NCBI GenBank assembly: GCA_964016885.1
Contig: OZ024750.1
Coordinates: 22,692,001-22,756,000 of the forward strand
Origin: Eledone cirrhosa
Lineage: Eukaryota
DNA: 64,000 nt
Direction of reading: 5' to 3'
In this document: in pieces, positions 13,583-27,188 of the stretch
Position numbering within the stretch: position 1 is the first letter of the stretch
How the letters are laid out: the number at the start of each line of letters is the position of its first letter
Translations under genes and position numbers: made by a program
The notes under the pieces: model-generated
Told to the model about the DNA's origin: nothing
Seen by the model: only the letters and a program-made list of their open reading frames with translations
Database searches by the model: none

Positions 13583-13995
13583 CTTCTTCGCCCACTTATT
13601 CCTGAGAGGGTCATGGAGGCAGACTCCTCAAACACTCCCCCCAGCAGGTCTTGTCAGAAGCAGCTGTCTCCAACTGATCCAGCTGTATTGCCAAGCTTGT
13701 AGACATTATCCAACCATCTTGCTTGGAGTCTACCTCTGGGTCTCCTACCATTTGGTTTTGCCCGTAAAATCTGTCCAGCAATTCTCTCCCCGAGACATTC
13801 TAACCACATACCCATAATATCTCAATTCGGAGAAGCAGCAGCTCTACTTGGAGTGACTCTCTGATCTCTGAGCTATGCACTCTATCGAGTAAGGTTACTC
13901 CAAAGACCCTTCAGAGGAACCCCATTTTGGCTGCTTGTATTCGCAATCATATTCTTTCAGTCATTACCAAAGATTTATGACCATAGGTAAGGGGT
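13583..13995 (-). mobile_element. 3' end of an RTE-clade LINE (Rex3/Expander-like)
   Basis: Minus strand encodes TLTYGHKSLVMTERM...RIQAAKMGFL..VFGVTLLDRVHSSEIRESLQVELLLLRIE. Homologous to 41084-41530. Confidence 0.8.
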
Positions 13996-14399
13996 GGATG
14001 TGTCTCCAACCATAGAAACCAAGCCAAAAATAGAACAGATGAGCAAGAAGCGGTTATCTGATAGGGGAATAAAACACACTATAACAGATTTTAAGGAGAG
14101 AGAGAATTTAGCTAGCTTTTGGACATGTAGTTTGACAATAATGGAAGAGACAATGTTGGGCTTGGTGGTTTTATGTTGTTTAGCTCAAAGTCAGCCCTTA
14201 CCAAGCAGAACTTGACTATTCCATCTCATTTGTGCTTGGAGGTGTCATCATACTTGGTGTTATGTGTACATAACAGTGATACTGGTAGAGAGGGGAAGAA
14301 ATGTTTTGGAGAAGTTTCTTTTTTATAGTTTATATAGTATGTGAAATTTGATGCAAAGTAGACAGCAAATCTAAAATCTTCTCTGCAAGAATTACTGCT

Positions 14400-15520
14400 T
14401 GCAGAGCCAACATTATTGAGGAGAGGCAAGGAAATTGTTAGAGTAGGATTTGTGGAAAATTTAGAAAAGAAATTTCAGACATGGAAGCAAAACATGGAAT
14501 CAAGAGGGCACAAAGTAGACTTATCAAAGACTAAAATTGTAGTAAGAAAGCAGACAGAGAAACGGTACTGCTTGATAAGCAGAAATACTATAGCAAATAT
14601 AGTATACACTATGAATGAAAGCATTTTATAGCTCACACCTATGTAGGTTTAGCTGACCTCCTATGACAATGTATCTTATAAGAGGTTTCTCAGCTGTTTT
14701 AATGATAGGAGCCCCAGTTTTAGCATGAAAAGCAGAGACCTCAGTCTTATGAAAAGCAATGTGAAATGAGGTGTCTTGCTCAAGAACACAACACATAATC
14801 TGATTCAGGATTGTGAGTCTAACACCCTAACCATTGTCTAACACCTTAAACTATGGGTGCATACATAAGAAGTGTAGTAGGATGACAAAAAGACTAGCAG
14901 TGAAAGTAGACTTTATATGAGACAGATGCACAGGAGTAGTAAGTACTAAAAGAACTTTAACTGTTCAAAATATTCACTAGAAGTAGTTGATAGTTTCTGT
15001 TACCTAGGTGATTGAATTAGTAGTAGCCAAAGTAAGAATGGAGTGGAAAGGGTTCAGAGAACTATTCCATCTGCTGGCAACGATGGATTTATCTCTCAGA
15101 ATAAAGGGCAGATTGTATGATGTTTGTATACAAAGTGCAATGCCCTGATAGTAGTGAAACATGGGCCTTGATAGCAGAGCATTTTGGAAGACTGGAAAGA
15201 AATGAAGCAAGCATGGTGGATATGTAATGTTAATTTACATGACTGATGAAGCACAAATAAACTGAGATAATTACTGGATGTAAAAGAAATTGCATGTAGT
15301 AGTATGCAAGAAAAAAGATGGTACAGGCATGTGATGTCTATAACAGATGGCAACTGTATAAAGAAAAGTTGAGTGCTCAAAGTGAATAGAACTTGTAGAA
15401 GATGGAGTCTGAAGAAACATGGAACAAAGTAGTGAAGACTGATCTCAAAATGCTGACCTGAGATAACAAAGAAGAACTGTGATTGGTAATATGCCATACA
15501 AGAGAAGATCCACTGACCTG
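14400..15520 (+). mobile_element. Decayed RTE LINE, C-terminal RT region, interrupted by a SINE (~14610-14850)
   Basis: ENLEKKFQTWKQNMESRGHKVDLSKTK, SFCYLGD, WKGFRELFHLL, GRLYDVCIQSAM, RLERNEASM; homologous to the 3' part of the 50-52 kb element. Confidence 0.8.
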
Positions 15521-17693
15521 TGGCAAGGATAGTGAAACAAAAGTTAAAATAGCTGTAGTCATGGCGGCTAGGATGTACAACAGTATGTCTACATTTAGGA
15601 TTCTCACCTATATATTCCTGTTAAATCTCCAACTACTTCCCCATCACCACTACCTTTCCTTACTAAGACTTATCCTTTTTATTATTCACTGCACCATGGG
15701 GGCTGGCTGAAACAAGGGGTGATGCTAGATCTGTGAAAACTTGCATGCATTAATAACTGTATTGTTTCTTTCCAAGGACTATGTATGCTGACCCTCGTAT
15801 GTAATGAGGCATGGCATTGGATGGGTCTATATTCAATCCCCCACCACCACCATCCTTATCACTTGACCTCGTATTGGATAAGAATAGATTTGATGTAATG
15901 AAGGATTACATCAGATCTATTCCTATCCAATACATCACAATATCATCCTTCTCTTCTGCTAACCACCACTGCCTCTCTCCCAAGTTACAGATTATTAACA
16001 TCCATCATTCTCTTATTAGTGTCCACTTCTACTACAATCCATCACTTATTCTCTCTTACAAGCAAACATGAAGTCACCATCACTGCCTCTCTTCTCTTAC
16101 TCTCTCCACTAGCACTTTTCACCCCCCCCCCCCCCCACTGCTTCTCCCATCATACTCTGGTTTCTTTCACCCTCTCACCCTAGTTCATCTTGTCATCACC
16201 CTATTTGCTTGTCACTCTCTTGGTCATGTGACTTTCAGTGAACAGAGACAATATCAAAGACTCAGTAGTCTTTAGTCTTGTGAGATTTAAGACAAATTCA
16301 CTAATGGTGGAGCTTATAATAAAACACATCCAATACACTCTGTAAATTCATCATCGATAGCAAGGTTGGGCAAGTCTACATAGACCAAGTCAGGACTGAA
16401 GCAAGGCTAATGATCTCCCAGATAGGCCAGGGATCTGCATCTCACTTATGTACAGTCTCATATTCTATCAAGATCACAGGAGGTGTTGTCATGTGATTAG
16501 CAATCAAACAGAGATAGCATAGGATCAAGGAGAGCCTTTACCTCTGTCAAGGACATAACAATCTCTCTGGTGTTAAAATGCACCTAATACACTCTGTAAA
16601 GTGGTTACTGTTAGAAAAGGCATCTAGTCATAGAAGCCATGTCAAAATTGGAACGTACGAGTGAGACGTAGCCCTCTAAATCTTTTACAATTATAGTAAC
16701 ACTGACTCAGACTAAGCCATGCCAGTATAAAAAGCAGATATAAAATGATGATGATGATTATGACATTGCAAAATCTCCAACAGAGAAAAGTTTACCGTCG
16801 AAAATACAAACATTATTAAAATAACAAATGAACCTACAGAGAAGAATACAATAAAAAAAAAAAGAAAAGAAACTGATTTTACCACTACCTAACATAATAA
16901 AAATAGACGAAATCACTGAGGTTTTATGTTGGTTATTAAAACGAAAAATACAGAAAATATTAAAAGTACTGATTAGTTTATAACATCTGGCTTTAAAGGT
17001 TATCTTCACGCAATCCAGAAGGAATCCCAACAGAGTATCATTTATACCAGTGTTTCTTAAACCTTTTTCGTCTCATGCACCTCACGACATCTAAAAAAAT
17101 GTGATGCCCACCACCATAACAATATAAAAACATGTTTGGTGTTAAAAAGTTATAACGTAAAATTTAGAAAAAAAATTGCGCCCCATGTTCAGAATCCCCG
17201 TTCTACTATACACAAAAGACAAAAACATCAGCTGACAATAAAAGTAGGCTATGTAAAACTGAAACTGAAGACGACATTAGTCACATTGCGAGAGAATGGC
17301 CTCGAGATACTATTTTACCACACAGGAGGTATGAGGTAGTAGTAGTAGTAGCCAGAAAAATCTGAAGTAAAATAAGCAATAAATAAAAATAAAAAACAAC
17401 CACAGGCATGGGTGTGTAGTTCAGGAATTCGCTTCGCAACAAAGGCACGTGGTTCTGAGTTCAGTCCCGGTGCAAGGCGTCATGGGCAAATGTCTGCTAT
17501 AATAGACTCGGGATGACCGATTTCTTGTCGGTGGAATTTGATAATATATATATATATATATATATATAATTGGTGTTGGATGCTTAAAGCGTCCGTATGC
17601 GGTAGGCCGTATGAGCACTCGATGCTCTCATAGAGCAGAGTATGATATCACAGAAAAAGGGGGAATCGGTGTTGCGACGAATGGAATTTATTG

Positions 17694-17789
17694 GACATAT
17701 TACAATCGTTTCTCTGGCGACCAGCTCGAAGCACGATCGATGTGATGATCGAACCGGACTCTGAAAATCGCAAGGTCCTCAGATACGTC
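17694..17789 (-). ncRNA. Mirror-image type I hammerhead-like motif in the left arm of the fold-back
   Basis: Reverse complement of 17823-17918 with few substitutions. Confidence 0.6.
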
Positions 17790-17822
17790 TTGATTCTAGG
17801 AAAATCTGCTTCGTAGGATCAA

Positions 17823-17918
17823 GACGTATCTGAGGACCTTGCGATTTTCAGAGTCAGGTTCGATCATCACATCGATCGTGCCTCGAGCTGGTCGCCAGAG
17901 AAACGATTGTAATATGTC
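17823..17918 (+). ncRNA. Type I hammerhead ribozyme-like motif with long stem II
   Basis: Stem I GACGUAU/AUAUGUC, core CUGAGGA (17830-17836), GAAAC (17900-17904), short stem III AC-GAUU-GU, cleavage triplet GUA (17909-17911), followed by AATAAA. The base pair closing stem II is a C.A mismatch. Confidence 0.65.
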
Positions 17919-20900
17919 CAATAAATTCCATTCGTCGCAACACTGATTCCCTTTTTTCTGTGATATATATATATGCATGTGTGTGTGTTTACGTTTGTTT
18001 CTGTGTCTGTGTTTATATCACGTAACTTAGCTGTTCGACAAAAAAGTAAGTCTGAGGGGCTGTTCGATATGATCGAGTAAATCAAACCGATGCCCCAGGA
18101 TGACCGGGATCTAATGACTGAGACCAGTAAAAGAAATAACCGATATAACAAAGACAAACACTTCGAGAATGATGGTAAAACCTAAACATTATAATAAAGA
18201 TTGGGGTAGGAGCTTGGCCGTAGCCAGAGGCCCCAACTTAATTTCTTTACTACCATAAATAAAAGGCAAAGGCCTCGATAGAATTTTCAGCCAGGAGTCA
18301 CATGCAAGCTTAATCCCTGACAACAGCATTAAGACAGAACCAATGTTATATTGTTTGGGACCACAAAAACAAGTTCTCGAACTAATAACGTAGCGAAAAA
18401 TACAGAAGAAAGACCATTGCAAACAATTGGTGAAGAGTCTGAAAATCGAGTACTCCCAAAATCTATTTTCTACTTTGTTGGACCTCCGTCGGTTGTGACG
18501 ACAAATATACCAGTTGTTTGTCCAACGGAACTGCCAGCTCTTAAAATTAATGTGCATGTAGCTAAGTATTCAATATACACATATTCTCTTGGCGTAGTTC
18601 TCGTTGAGATTCAGCGTGACCTTTTAAACTACAGGTATAACTCATTTTATCAGCTGTGTTGACTGAAACAACATGAAATGTCTCTCTCGCGGACACAACG
18701 TGCAGAAGAGAATCGAACTTACGACCTTACGATCGTTATCCGAATACTCCTAACCACTAAGCCTTTAAGATTGGATCAAAATATAGCTGGACTTGAATTC
18801 TTGGAAAACTAACATAGCTACACAATTCGTATGCAACAGATCACTATATCGGGGCCAATACAAAACATTTTCAAGATCTTCAGATATAAAGAGTGAATGG
18901 TTACATGATGATGATAAGAACATCACATATATTTCAGTTTTTCTTACAACCTTACAACAGAGATAGAAGGAGGATAAATTTAAAATAGACGCTGAAATTT
19001 CAGTCAGGAAAAGAAAACATCTATATGCACACACACACACACACATATATTAGAAAGAAAAATACATAGACAGACAGAAGGATAGGTAACACGCACATGT
19101 GTGCGCTTGTGTATAATAAACATAAGCACATGCCACATATTCTTTTTTTAAGATAATGCAATGTATTTTGTTTAGGATAAAAGCAAATTGTATAAAATAG
19201 TGATAAACTCGCTTTAATAAAACCCTAGTTATTGACCCGAGGTTAAAAGACAAAACGTGACTCCCAACTCGATGGGTGGGGGCTGGCCTAGATGTGAAGA
19301 ATATAAAATGCCACTACGAAGGTCACCATGAAAATAACAACAATTATCTGCATTGGGTTTGTTTATCTTAATTCAATAAAATCCAACATGGGAATGATCA
19401 TGCAAGCAAGCTAGTGTTCTTAATGTCATGATAAGAAAAAATAAAATATAAATATAGCCATAATTACGATGGACACCTCGCACTTGCAACGTATCTTCCA
19501 CATCCAGGCATTACCAAAAGCAATAAACTGGTTTATGTAATGAGGCTTAACTGCATTTAAATCAAAGTACTGGGGACAGATATTGGCAGGAATGTTGCAG
19601 AAGTGAATCCAAGGACAGTCTTGGGTGACGTGACAATTCTAACAATAAATAATAAACAGAATCAACAACAAAATTTAAAGAAAAGAAAACATTCCTCAAA
19701 AGTGCTGGAGTAAACAGATTAGTTTAGTAGAGTCACTAGCGATCTAGATATTGTAAATAAATATATTAGAGATAAAGAAACGAAAAGAAAATATCCAGTT
19801 AACTTAGAACTAAAAAGGAAAAAGAAAAAACAAAAGAAAAACGTTAACTTTTTCAAATGTATTGTCAAAAGACAAAGTCGGAAGCTAGAATTTGCTGCTG
19901 AGATGTAATAATATCTAAGTTCTGTTCTACCACGGTACCTTCTGACAATTGATTCATAAAGGAGAGGAAGGGGAATATGAGTGAGCAAAAGAAACGTAAG
20001 AAAAACCATCTTATTTACGAAGAAAACTGAAGGAATGTGTTGGTTTAAGGTGGGACAAGGCTCTTTCATTTTATTCCAAACAAACCAATATAAGAATTCC
20101 TTGATTACAGAGAAAATACGTCAAACTGAATCTACCGAATGCTCCAAAGTTTTCTTCGTTTGCAAAAATTAAATCTTAATTAAGGGGGACTTTTTATATA
20201 TATATATATATATATATAATAGTTTCTACTTTTGACACAAGGCCAGCAATTACCCAGTAAGTACAATACTTGTACTTTATTTTATTGACCCCGTAAGGAT
20301 GAAAGGCAAAGTTAACCTCGACGAGATTTGAACTATATATATATATAATTGTTTCTACTTTTTGGCACAAGGCCAGCAATCACTCAGTGCATTACTGGTA
20401 CTTTATTTTATCGACATATAATGAAAACGAAACAGCGGGGAACGAATGTGGAAGAGTGACTAAATAAACATGATCACGTAAACCAAGGTAGAATTCTAGA
20501 GAAGAGAATTATTTTTTTAATAGTATCTTAGTGCTGCTGCCACATTTGAAGTACCACTATTGAAAAAGGAAATGTTGATGATAATTGCTAACACAGACCA
20601 GGCAAAGTCGTTAGCAAACACGCATATATAAATACCTATAAGAATACCTTTATACATACAGACGTATATATATATATATATACGTTCTACAAATATAATG
20701 CATGCTTAAACAGGCGTACGTGCATGTAGATTTTGAAATGTGTTACGGTGAAATTAATTTGATATACAACTAGGTATCTGACAAGTGAAAAAGCGATCTG
20801 CTTCGAGTAAAAATTAAATCTGATAACAAGAGGAAGAATAAATACAAAATTAAGGCAAAATAAATACAGGAACAAGAATTAAAAAACAACGAAATCCCCC

Positions 20901-20942
20901 TCATTTGAAAATCAATCTACCCCCGCTTTTTGTTAAACTCAC

Positions 20943-21154
20943 CGAAGGAATTTAAGCTTGGTCTTTTTTTCTTCTTCTTCTTCTTTCTTCTTGTAATCCT
21001 TTTTGTTTTGGTCATTCAGCAAGCAGAATATGTACATCCATTTGAAATCGAGTATAGGAGCTGGGAGATGTCGAAAGAAAGAATACAAAGAGAGGAAGGT
21101 GCATGATTTAGCTCCAGGGTTCCACATAAAAATCTGTGGCTAGCCAATCCATTT
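20943..21154 (-). other. Candidate 5' (probably non-coding) exon in a CpG-rich domain
   Basis: Donor TCG|GTGAGT at 20942, acceptor ttgtggtttgttccatag at 21155. Unique sequence next to CpG-dense 21250-21330. Confidence 0.3.
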
Positions 21155-22439
21155 CTATGGAACAAACCACAAGACTCTTATAAAACGTAATAATCCTGTG
21201 CGTGTGTATGTGTACTCAATAAATGTATGAGTATGTATATTAATATGTAGCGCACGGTAGCCCGTGCGTGTTAGTTAGTGTTCGACCTTGACACACACAC
21301 GGCGGTGTAGTCGCATGGACCAGCACCACCTCTCATCGTTGTTACTGTTGCTCTGCTTAGTGAAATAGTGTGCCTGGCTGCTCCTGCTGATTATGATGGT
21401 GTTGGTGTATTTGATAATAACGAATGGATGGGTACTACTACTACTGTTGCTGCTGATGTTACTACTATTACTACTACTAAATAATTGATTCTAATTCAGG
21501 CACAAGGTCAGCAATCTTTTGTGGGAGAGGAAAATCGATTATATTCACCCAGTACTTGCCTGCTACTTTATTTTATTGACCCTGCAAGGATGAAAGGCAA
21601 AGTTGACCTCGGTGAGATCTGAACACAGAACGTAACTAAATACCGCTGAGTATTTTATCCAACGATCTATCGATTTTGCCAATCCACCACCCTGTACATC
21701 ATAATAATAGTTCTTTCTAACACTGGCACAGAGCCAGTAATTTTATTTTTTTAGGGGATGGTGAAGGGGGAGTCGATTAAATCGACCTCAGTACATGACT
21801 AGTACTTTATTTTATCCACCTATGAAGGATGCAATGGAAAGTTGACTTCAGAACGTAAAGAAGAACAAATACCACGATTCTGCCAAGCCACCATCCTCAC
21901 CCTGCTAAATAATAATTCCTAATTTAGGCACAAGGCTGGCAATTTAGGAGATGATTGGCTCGATTAAATCGACCCTAGTATTTGATAGGTATTTCATTTT
22001 ATCGATCCTGGAGAATGAAAGACAAAGATGACCTCGACATGATTTTAACTCAATGTAAACAGCCGAAACAAATGTCACAAAGCATTTTGTCCGACGCTCT
22101 ACCGATTCTGTCAATCCACGATCCTCTCTTGCCAGATAATAATGGTTTCTGATTTAGGCACAAGGCCATTTGGGGGGAGGAGGAGTCGATTAAATCGCCC
22201 CCAGTGCTAAACGGGTGATAATAAAAATAGTATTGTTGTTGTTGCTGTTGTATTTACTACTACTACTGTTGCTGGTGGTGATGATGATTGCCCGCCCCCC
22301 ATGTCATTCGTGACATCAATTATATGATCAGAGGTGATCCAATCGTGCCTATCCCATCTATTTTTTATAACGGTAGGATATGATTTGATGGAGAATCAAC
22401 CGCTATTTTAGCGGGTCATGTGAATACGTAAGGCTCCCT

Positions 22440-22660
22440 CGTCGGTGGTGGTGGTGGCGACGACGACGACGACGATAATGATGATGATAATGGCCATGGT
22501 CATGGTGAAAGCGGTGTTGGTGGTGGTGATAATGATAATAGCCATAATGATGATGGTAGTGGTGATGATGATGACAATGGTGGCCATGATCATGTTGATA
22601 ATGGTAATGATGGTGATGATGGCAGAGGTGGTGGCGATCATGATGTACATATGACGACAA
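22440..22660. repeat. Compound trinucleotide repeat (GGT/GAT/GAC)n
   Basis: Visible triplet periodicity; produces spurious poly-His/Ile/Met ORFs. Confidence 0.9.
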
Positions 22661-24309
22661 TAGAAGAAAGAAAGAAAGTAAGAAATGTCATATTTAGTCA
22701 TCAAGCGATGTGACAGTTAACATAGCTTCAACGACTAAAATGAAGTGTCATTTATTCGGGGAATACAGACTATGGCATGGTGAATATTTCTGGTGCCGCG
22801 AAGGTGCGTGACTTGGTGGTTAGGATGTTCGACTCACGATCACAATAAGGACGTAAGTTAGATCCTCAGTGGTGGGTTACGTCTTTTATTGCTTTAGTCA
22901 ACACAGATAGAAAAATATGAGTGGTACCTGTAATTCAAATGGGCCAGTCTTGTCACCGCCTGTGGCACACCGAATCTCACTAAGAACCACTTTAAAGGTA
23001 TATATGTCTGTGGAATGCTCAGTTACTTGAATATTAATTTCACGAGCAAATTGTTTTGTTGTTCAAACAACCGGAATACTCGTCGTTAGAACCGATGGAG
23101 GTCCAGCAACCTCTGGTGTTGGATTTAAACTTGCTGAGGCCCTAAGCTATATAAAGCTGGAAACCCTTTTGTTAAAAAGTTACACCGGATGGACTCATAT
23201 AAATTGACATCATATATGACCTTTAATTAGTTTGAGATTCCTGCAGATTATAAAATTCCAAATCAGAGGCTCTCGAAATGGTTGGAATCGATGGAGCTAC
23301 CCAGGGCATCGACTAAATTTTGGGGTAAAAACCTGACAGGTATTAGAGAAGTACAGCACACGGGGTACTGAATAGGGCATTGCGATGCAATATCAGCAAG
23401 AAATGCATAGTTCTTAAACGAACTTAAGCGACTAAAATAACCAATGAGGCCTGGTGAACTGTTGGTGGCCCTCTTGTGCTGTCAGCAAGGAACTCAGTAG
23501 TTTATACTTTACTGTTTAAAGCAGGGGTCCCTAAAATGGTTGATATTGACTCCCAGAGATCGATGGAACTACCCAGGGGATCGATTGAACTTTTTGGCTC
23601 AAGGTACCAACTTTGTCACACATCATGTCATGCTGAAGTTTGAAGTTCCCTGAGAACTACGTTAATGATGTACATGCCTGTAGAATGCGCAGCTCCTTAG
23701 ACATTCATTTCCCGAACAAGAAGTTCCGTTGATTGAATCAACTAGAACACTCACCGTCGGAAACGACGGGAGTCCAACATTATAGTGACACTCTAATAGA
23801 TGATATAATATCGTTTTGTTTTTTGTGTGTGTTTTTTTAATTAGAAAACTTAACTGTGAAAAGAACGAAGTGTGAAGTGCAAACACTTTCAAATATTTCT
23901 CCGTCCACATGTATTCGTGCTAGTAGATGCTGAAATTTTGTGTCGTTTGGATCTAACACTAACTCCATTAATCTCCAGAATATGAGTGTTTAGCACAAGC
24001 AATATTACTTCACAACAAAACTAGCCACAGTCATTGTATACTTTTCTTATTGAACGTTGTTAGCATCGTCTGCTATTTAGTGATGATTTGAACACAGTTA
24101 ATGAAATACATTGAACATGTTTGAATTAATTTTGAAACTAATCGAGAATTTGGAATGTTAGTTATTTGATCAATGGAACAGCCTGCTTTCAAAATTAACA
24201 TGCAAGTCGCTGGGCATTCCACAGACACGTGTACGAATAAAACCTTATTGAAGAGAGAATATCAAATTACTGCTGCACACACACACATATATATGTGTGT
24301 GTATGCATG

Positions 24310-24340
<31 letters not shown>

Positions 24341-24352
24341 ATGCATGTATGA

Positions 24353-24395
<43 letters not shown>

Positions 24396-27096
24396 AGAGA
24401 GTGTGTATGTATGCATGTATGTATATATATATATATGTGTGTGTGTGTGTATGAGTGCAGCATTGGAAAAGTGATGGTGTCACAATAAAACTGACCCAGT
24501 CCATTCTATGAAGTGGTAGTGCTGGTATAACGAAAAATATACGCCATGTAGTGGTTGGCGTTAAGAAGAACATCCCATCGTAGTAACCATGTCAAAATAG
24601 AACGTATAAACAAGACACAGTTATCTGACTTGTCTGTCTAGCCTCAGAATCTGACAACCTTCATAACCCATGCAAGCCAGGAAAATAACCGTAAAACTGT
24701 GATGATGGTATTATCTTATCATCAGAGATGTGCTAGGTCTATTACATCCTACTCCATTGGTTAAGCCTTAACCGTTAAGGTAGGTACCCGAGTGCAAACA
24801 TAAGTTTAGTGGTTAAGAATTTCGTTTTGCAATCTTGAAATCTAGAGTTACATCGCAATGCATAGCATCTCGAGCACGTGTCTTTGATTATAGCTGCGAG
24901 TCGACCTAAACCATGTGAGTGGAAATGGGGGAAAAGGAACTGTACAGAAGAACGTCGGATGGATTCTACCAGGAATTCTAAAGCTCAGCATTGTTACATA
25001 TTGTGTCACGCTAATTCAACCAGAAAATTGTGTTATGGGGTGAGTGTCAATGGATTACTCAACCACTTATACGTTAATTTAACGAATATGTAGAACAGAT
25101 GGTGAAGCACCTGAATACTCATCGTTAAAACCGTTGAAGGATCCATCATCATGACTTAGGTATCGTTAAGTGCTTATCCTTCCCCACCATCATTACAAAG
25201 AGGACTATGAAACTACTTTTGATTGATGTTTTTTAATTGTAGACAGGAGTTATGTCCCTTGGTCATCTTATGGAAGGCCAAAATGGCAATAATGATAGTG
25301 TTAGTACAATGAGTATTGAAGTTTACATTTTGATCTGGATAGTTCTTCCAGTTTGGTCATTCAACATGCTAAACGTAGCAGCTAAATTTTCCTCGAATCA
25401 CATCTTTAAAAAGGAAAGAATACATCGGCTAATGTAGTCCTAGATAAACTATTAATAGACCTGAAATTAAGCAACTACTTTTATCCTTCATCTTTTCGGA
25501 GTCAATAAAAACGTATCTATCCAAAGCAATAGATTAGCATAACTGTGGTAACTGTTTCAATTCTGAACACTCCTGTTTCAATTCTCCCCTCCTATTACAG
25601 AAAATATGCTGACAGGATTGTACAGGATCCACTACTACTAACATACCCTTTGTTTGGCAAGCTTTCTATGGTTGAATGCCCTCCCTATCACCAACCTCGT
25701 TACAGTGTATACTGAGTTTGTGTATATCACCAAAAATAGGGAGGCTGCCATGTCCTTGACATGACTATAGGATCCTCCTAAATCTTTGTTTGGCAAGCTT
25801 TCTATGGCTGGATGCCCTTCCTATCATCAACCACTTTACAGCATGTACTGGTGTGTTGTGTATTGAATTAGCTGAGTTATTAATGTGTTGGATTAAATGG
25901 CTTGTGGTATTTTGGGGGCCTCTTTGGACTCTGAATACAAATTCTACCTTTTATCATTTCAGGGTCAATAATAAATAAAGTACCAAGCCAGGGTAATGGA
26001 TTGGTGGAGTAGTTAGTGTTGGATGGGATGTCAATATCTACTGCCTTAGACTGGTACTTTATTTTATCAAGTTGACCACAGTGGGATCTGAACTTATAGC
26101 AATGTTCTAATGACATCATCATCATCATCACAGTTTTACATCCATTCTTCCACGCTAGAGTGGGTTAGACGGGTTGTCCTGTTGTATGCAATGCCAGGTC
26201 AAGTGACCATGTCTTGCTCATACAGAACTGATTTTGGCCTGATTTCTACAGCTGAATGCCATTCCTAACACCAACCTCATTTACAGTGAGTACTGGGTGC
26301 CTTTTTACCATAGCACCTACATGACCACTTTACAGTGTAGACTGGGTGCTTTTTTGTCGTGACACTGACACCACTTTATAGTGGGAGGAGAGGGGGGCAT
26401 ACTGCCAATTAAATGAAGAATAAATTAATAGACAAATAAATAAAGAAAACAACACTTTTGATTCTATTAAATATCATATATGTTAATTTTATTTATTTAT
26501 TTCAATAAAGTTGAATACAGAAAATTAGTTTGTATCATAGTTTGAATGGGGATATGGAAAGAAGGGAAGAGGGTCAGGCAAGAAGTAAAAGATGGGTATG
26601 GGGTGGGGTGGAATGGAAACTAACTGAGAATGTGAAAGAGATACCTGATGAAAGAGCATGAAGAAACCTTAATGTTATGGAAGTAGGACTGAAGTGTACA
26701 GGTAGTAGTAGTAGCAGCAGCAGTAATAGTAGTGGTAGTAGTAGACTGGAATTCTCTACAAAAATGTTATATTTTATTAAACACCTGATATCCTTAAGTG
26801 GCTGTTTATGAGAATTCTTTTATTTTTCATAGGTTTAAGTCATAATATTGGGGCACTGCTTTAAAGGGGTTTCACTTAATGATATTAACCTCAGGATTAT
26901 TTTTTTTTCATCCCTTTTTGTTGACTAAATTACAGGACATAAACGAATATACATGCACACACACACACACATATATATATATGGATGTCCTCCAAAAATG
27001 TATGCACACTTTGATTACCTATACAGGCAGTATTTTTTAGAATGTTGTTGAAGTGTATATACATTTTTGGGAGAAACCCTGCATCTACATGTGAAC

Positions 27097-27188
27097 ACAT
27101 ATCTGAAGAGCTTCCGATTCCAGAGTCAGGATCGAATACTAATCGATCATTCCTCGAGCTGATCAGCAGTGAAACATATGTAATATGT
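27097..27188 (+). ncRNA. Type I hammerhead ribozyme motif, diverged homologue of the 17.8 kb motif
   Basis: Stem I ACAUAU/AUAUGU, core CUGAAGA (27103-27109), stem II closing GCU/AGU, GAAAC (27171-27175), palindromic stem III ACAUAUGU, cleavage triplet GUA (27180-27182). Confidence 0.75.

Larger units (their letters stand above)
17645..17966. mobile_element. Fold-back element (154/153 bp inverted arms, 15 nt loop) inserted in (TA)n; Penelope-like/retrozyme terminus
   Basis: 17645-17798 is the near-perfect reverse complement of 17814-17966. An extra unpaired tail lies at ~17568-17644. (TA)n on both sides. Confidence 0.8.

Noticed and set aside
18189-18662. Two 100+ aa overlapping ORFs
   Set aside because: No recognisable motif, non-ATG or weak starts, and they run into a SINE.
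22403-22704. Poly-His, poly-Ile and poly-Met ORFs
   Set aside because: Trinucleotide repeat with no splice or homology support.
26641-26685. CTGATGA...GAAAC spacing like a hammerhead
   Set aside because: The intervening AAGAGCATGAA cannot form stem II.
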